64,000 bases of DNA from the NCBI GenBank assembly GCA_021513715.1, contig CP084167.1, forward strand, positions 1,984,001 to 2,048,000, in the 5' to 3' direction. The stretch comes from Candidatus Heimdallarchaeum endolithica. GTDB lineage: Archaea; Asgardarchaeota; Heimdallarchaeia; Heimdallarchaeales; Heimdallarchaeaceae. The translations under genes and the position numbers were made by a program. The first letter of the stretch is position 1. The number at the start of each line of letters is the position of its first letter. Under the pieces are notes generated by a model. It was not told the DNA's origin, did not search any database, and saw only the letters and a program-made list of their open reading frames with translations. Shown here in pieces: positions 62,315 through 64,000 of this stretch.

Positions 62315-63367
62315 TTATATCTCAGGGAACCAGCAGCTAACGTAATGATTAGGTCTAATTTCCTCCAAAGGAGGTTGCTTCTGAGAGCAAACCTCTTTAG
62401 CTTTCCAGCATCGAGGATGAAAAGGACAACCACTTGGAGTGTTAATAGGACTTGGGGGGTCTCCTTCTAAGATTATTCTATCCATTTTTATTCTTGGATC
62501 TGGTCTTGGTATTGCAGACAATAAAGCTATTGTATAGGGGTGAGCTGTATTTCTGAACAATTCGCCCGTTGGTGCCATTTCCATTATTTTTCCTAGATAC
62601 ATTACTGCTACCCTGTCCGACACATGTTTAATTACGCTTAAATCATGTGCTATGAACATATATGTTAATTTGAAATCTATTTGTAAGTCATGTAGTAGAT
62701 TTAATATTTGAGCTTGAACTGATACATCTAATGCAGATACTGGTTCATCTAACAGGATAACTTCTGGATTCATGGCTAAAGCGCGAGCTATTCCTATTCT
62801 TTGCCTTTGTCCGCCAGAGAACTCATGAGGATATCTTAATGCATGATAATCTTCAAGACCAACTTTACTTAGAATTTCTAGTACTCTTGCCTCCTTTTCT
62901 TCATAAGGCATATCGGCGAAATGTATGTCAAATGGTTCTTTTATAATATCTAAAACCATTCTTCTTGGGTTTAAGCTTGCATATGGGTCTTGGAAAACCA
63001 TTTGTATCTGTCTTTTTATTGCTAGTTCTTCAACTCTTGTCATAGGTTGAAACATATCTATTCCTTTAAAATAGACAGACCCCTCTGTTGGTTCTTCTAA
63101 TTTAATAATTGTTTTTGACGTTGTACTCTTTCCACACCCACTTTCTCCTACTAACCCAAGTGTTTCACCTTTATGCAAAAAGAGATTTACTCCATCTACT
63201 GCTTTAATGAAATTTACTGTTTTTGAATAGAGTAGTGATTGCTCAGCTACAGGGAACCATTTCTTAAGATTTTTTGTTTCAAGAATAGGAAATTTATCAG
63301 GGTCCCATGCTGAAAATAGGTCTGTATCTAGTACTTCATATTCTTCAAATGATCTCATGCTTGCCAC
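62315..63367 (-). CDS. Oligopeptide ABC transporter ATPase (OppF/DppF-like)
   Basis: GESGCGKST, FSGGQRQR, HPYT, GCPFHPRC motifs. Confidence 0.93.
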   Translation of the reverse strand: MASMRSFEEYEVLDTDLFSAWDPDKFPILETKNLKKWFPVAEQSLLYSKTVNFIKAVDGVNLFLHKGETLGLVGESGCGKSTTSKTIIKLEEPTEGSVYFKGIDMFQPMTRVEELAIKRQIQMVFQDPYASLNPRRMVLDIIKEPFDIHFADMPYEEKEARVLEILSKVGLEDYHALRYPHEFSGGQRQRIGIARALAMNPEVILLDEPVSALDVSVQAQILNLLHDLQIDFKLTYMFIAHDLSVIKHVSDRVAVMYLGKIMEMAPTGELFRNTAHPYTIALLSAIPRPDPRIKMDRIILEGDPPSPINTPSGCPFHPRCWKAKEVCSQKQPPLEEIRPNHYVSCWFPEI

Positions 63368-63369
63368 TT

Positions 63370-64000
63370 TTATACACCTTCCACAGAAACAGTTGATCTT
63401 CTCACTTCTTTCACTTTCTCTTTATCGATTGTTAAATCCAATTCTTCCCAATGATGGCATTGTACACGTCTTGTTTCTGTCACCCACACATCAGGAGGAC
63501 GAGCCATTCTGCATATTTCTGTTGCATATTTGCATCTTGGATGAAATCTACAACCTTGTGGTGGGTTGATAAGCTGAGGTACTGTCCCGGGTATTGTTTC
63601 CAATCTTGTCTTATCTTGTTCTAGTGATGGGATACTATCGAACAATGCTCTTGTATATGGATGAAAAGGATTAACGAATATTTCCTCTGTTGGCCCTGAT
63701 TCCACTACTCGTCCACCATAGAATATATGCACTCTTTTTGTTATTTCAGCCACTACACCTAAATTATGAGTGATTAACATCAAAGCTAAACCAAATTGTT
63801 TTTGCATTTCTTTAATTATTTCCAGAACTTGAGCTTGAATGGTTACATCTAATGCGGTTGTAGGCTCATCAGCAATCAACAAACTTGGTTGTAATGCCAA
63901 TGCTCTAGCGATTAGAATTCTTTGTCTCATTCCGCCACTAAATTGATGAGGATAATTGTCAATTCTTTCTGCTGAATCAGGGATGCCCACGGCTTCCATC
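63370..64000 (-). CDS. Oligopeptide ABC transporter ATPase (OppD/DppD-like), 5' end outside the window
   Basis: YPHQFSGGMRQR, DEPTTALD, GCRFHPRC motifs. Confidence 0.92.
   Translation of the reverse strand, partial: MEAVGIPDSAERIDNYPHQFSGGMRQRILIARALALQPSLLIADEPTTALDVTIQAQVLEIIKEMQKQFGLALMLITHNLGVVAEITKRVHIFYGGRVVESGPTEEIFVNPFHPYTRALFDSIPSLEQDKTRLETIPGTVPQLINPPQGCRFHPRCKYATEICRMARPPDVWVTETRRVQCHHWEELDLTIDKEKVKEVRRSTVSVEGV

Overview
AT-rich archaeal chromosomal window, most consistent with an Asgard archaeon of the Heimdallarchaeia (inference from split RpoA'/A'', archaeal ribosomal and translation genes, a two-domain gelsolin and two Arf-family proteins). The backbone is housekeeping: ribosomal proteins, RNA polymerase subunits (RpoA'' carries an intein), ribosome biogenesis factors, uvrBC, and six tRNAs, four of them with introns, including two non-canonical T-loop introns. 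The most interesting signals are: (1) a TnpB with a Fanzor-type rearranged RuvC site, bounded by TTACGTAA repeats and followed by a ~240-nt structured omegaRNA-like tail; (2) a stand-alone, protein-less cassette at 9233-9572 with the same TTACGTAA boundaries, its own TATA box and a structurally similar RNA, plus a copy of the element's left end at 22480-22585; (3) a five-gene operon of an Arf-like pseudo-GTPase, AAA+ ATPase, vWA protein, zincin/SpoVR-like protein and HEAT-repeat protein, next to a helically phased 11-bp repeat array; (4) tandem receptor-like proteins with an external FKBP-like domain and an internal 8-Cys zinc finger; (5) SPT-like and eukaryote-like OTC enzymes. All calls come from manual motif reading; no database searches were run.
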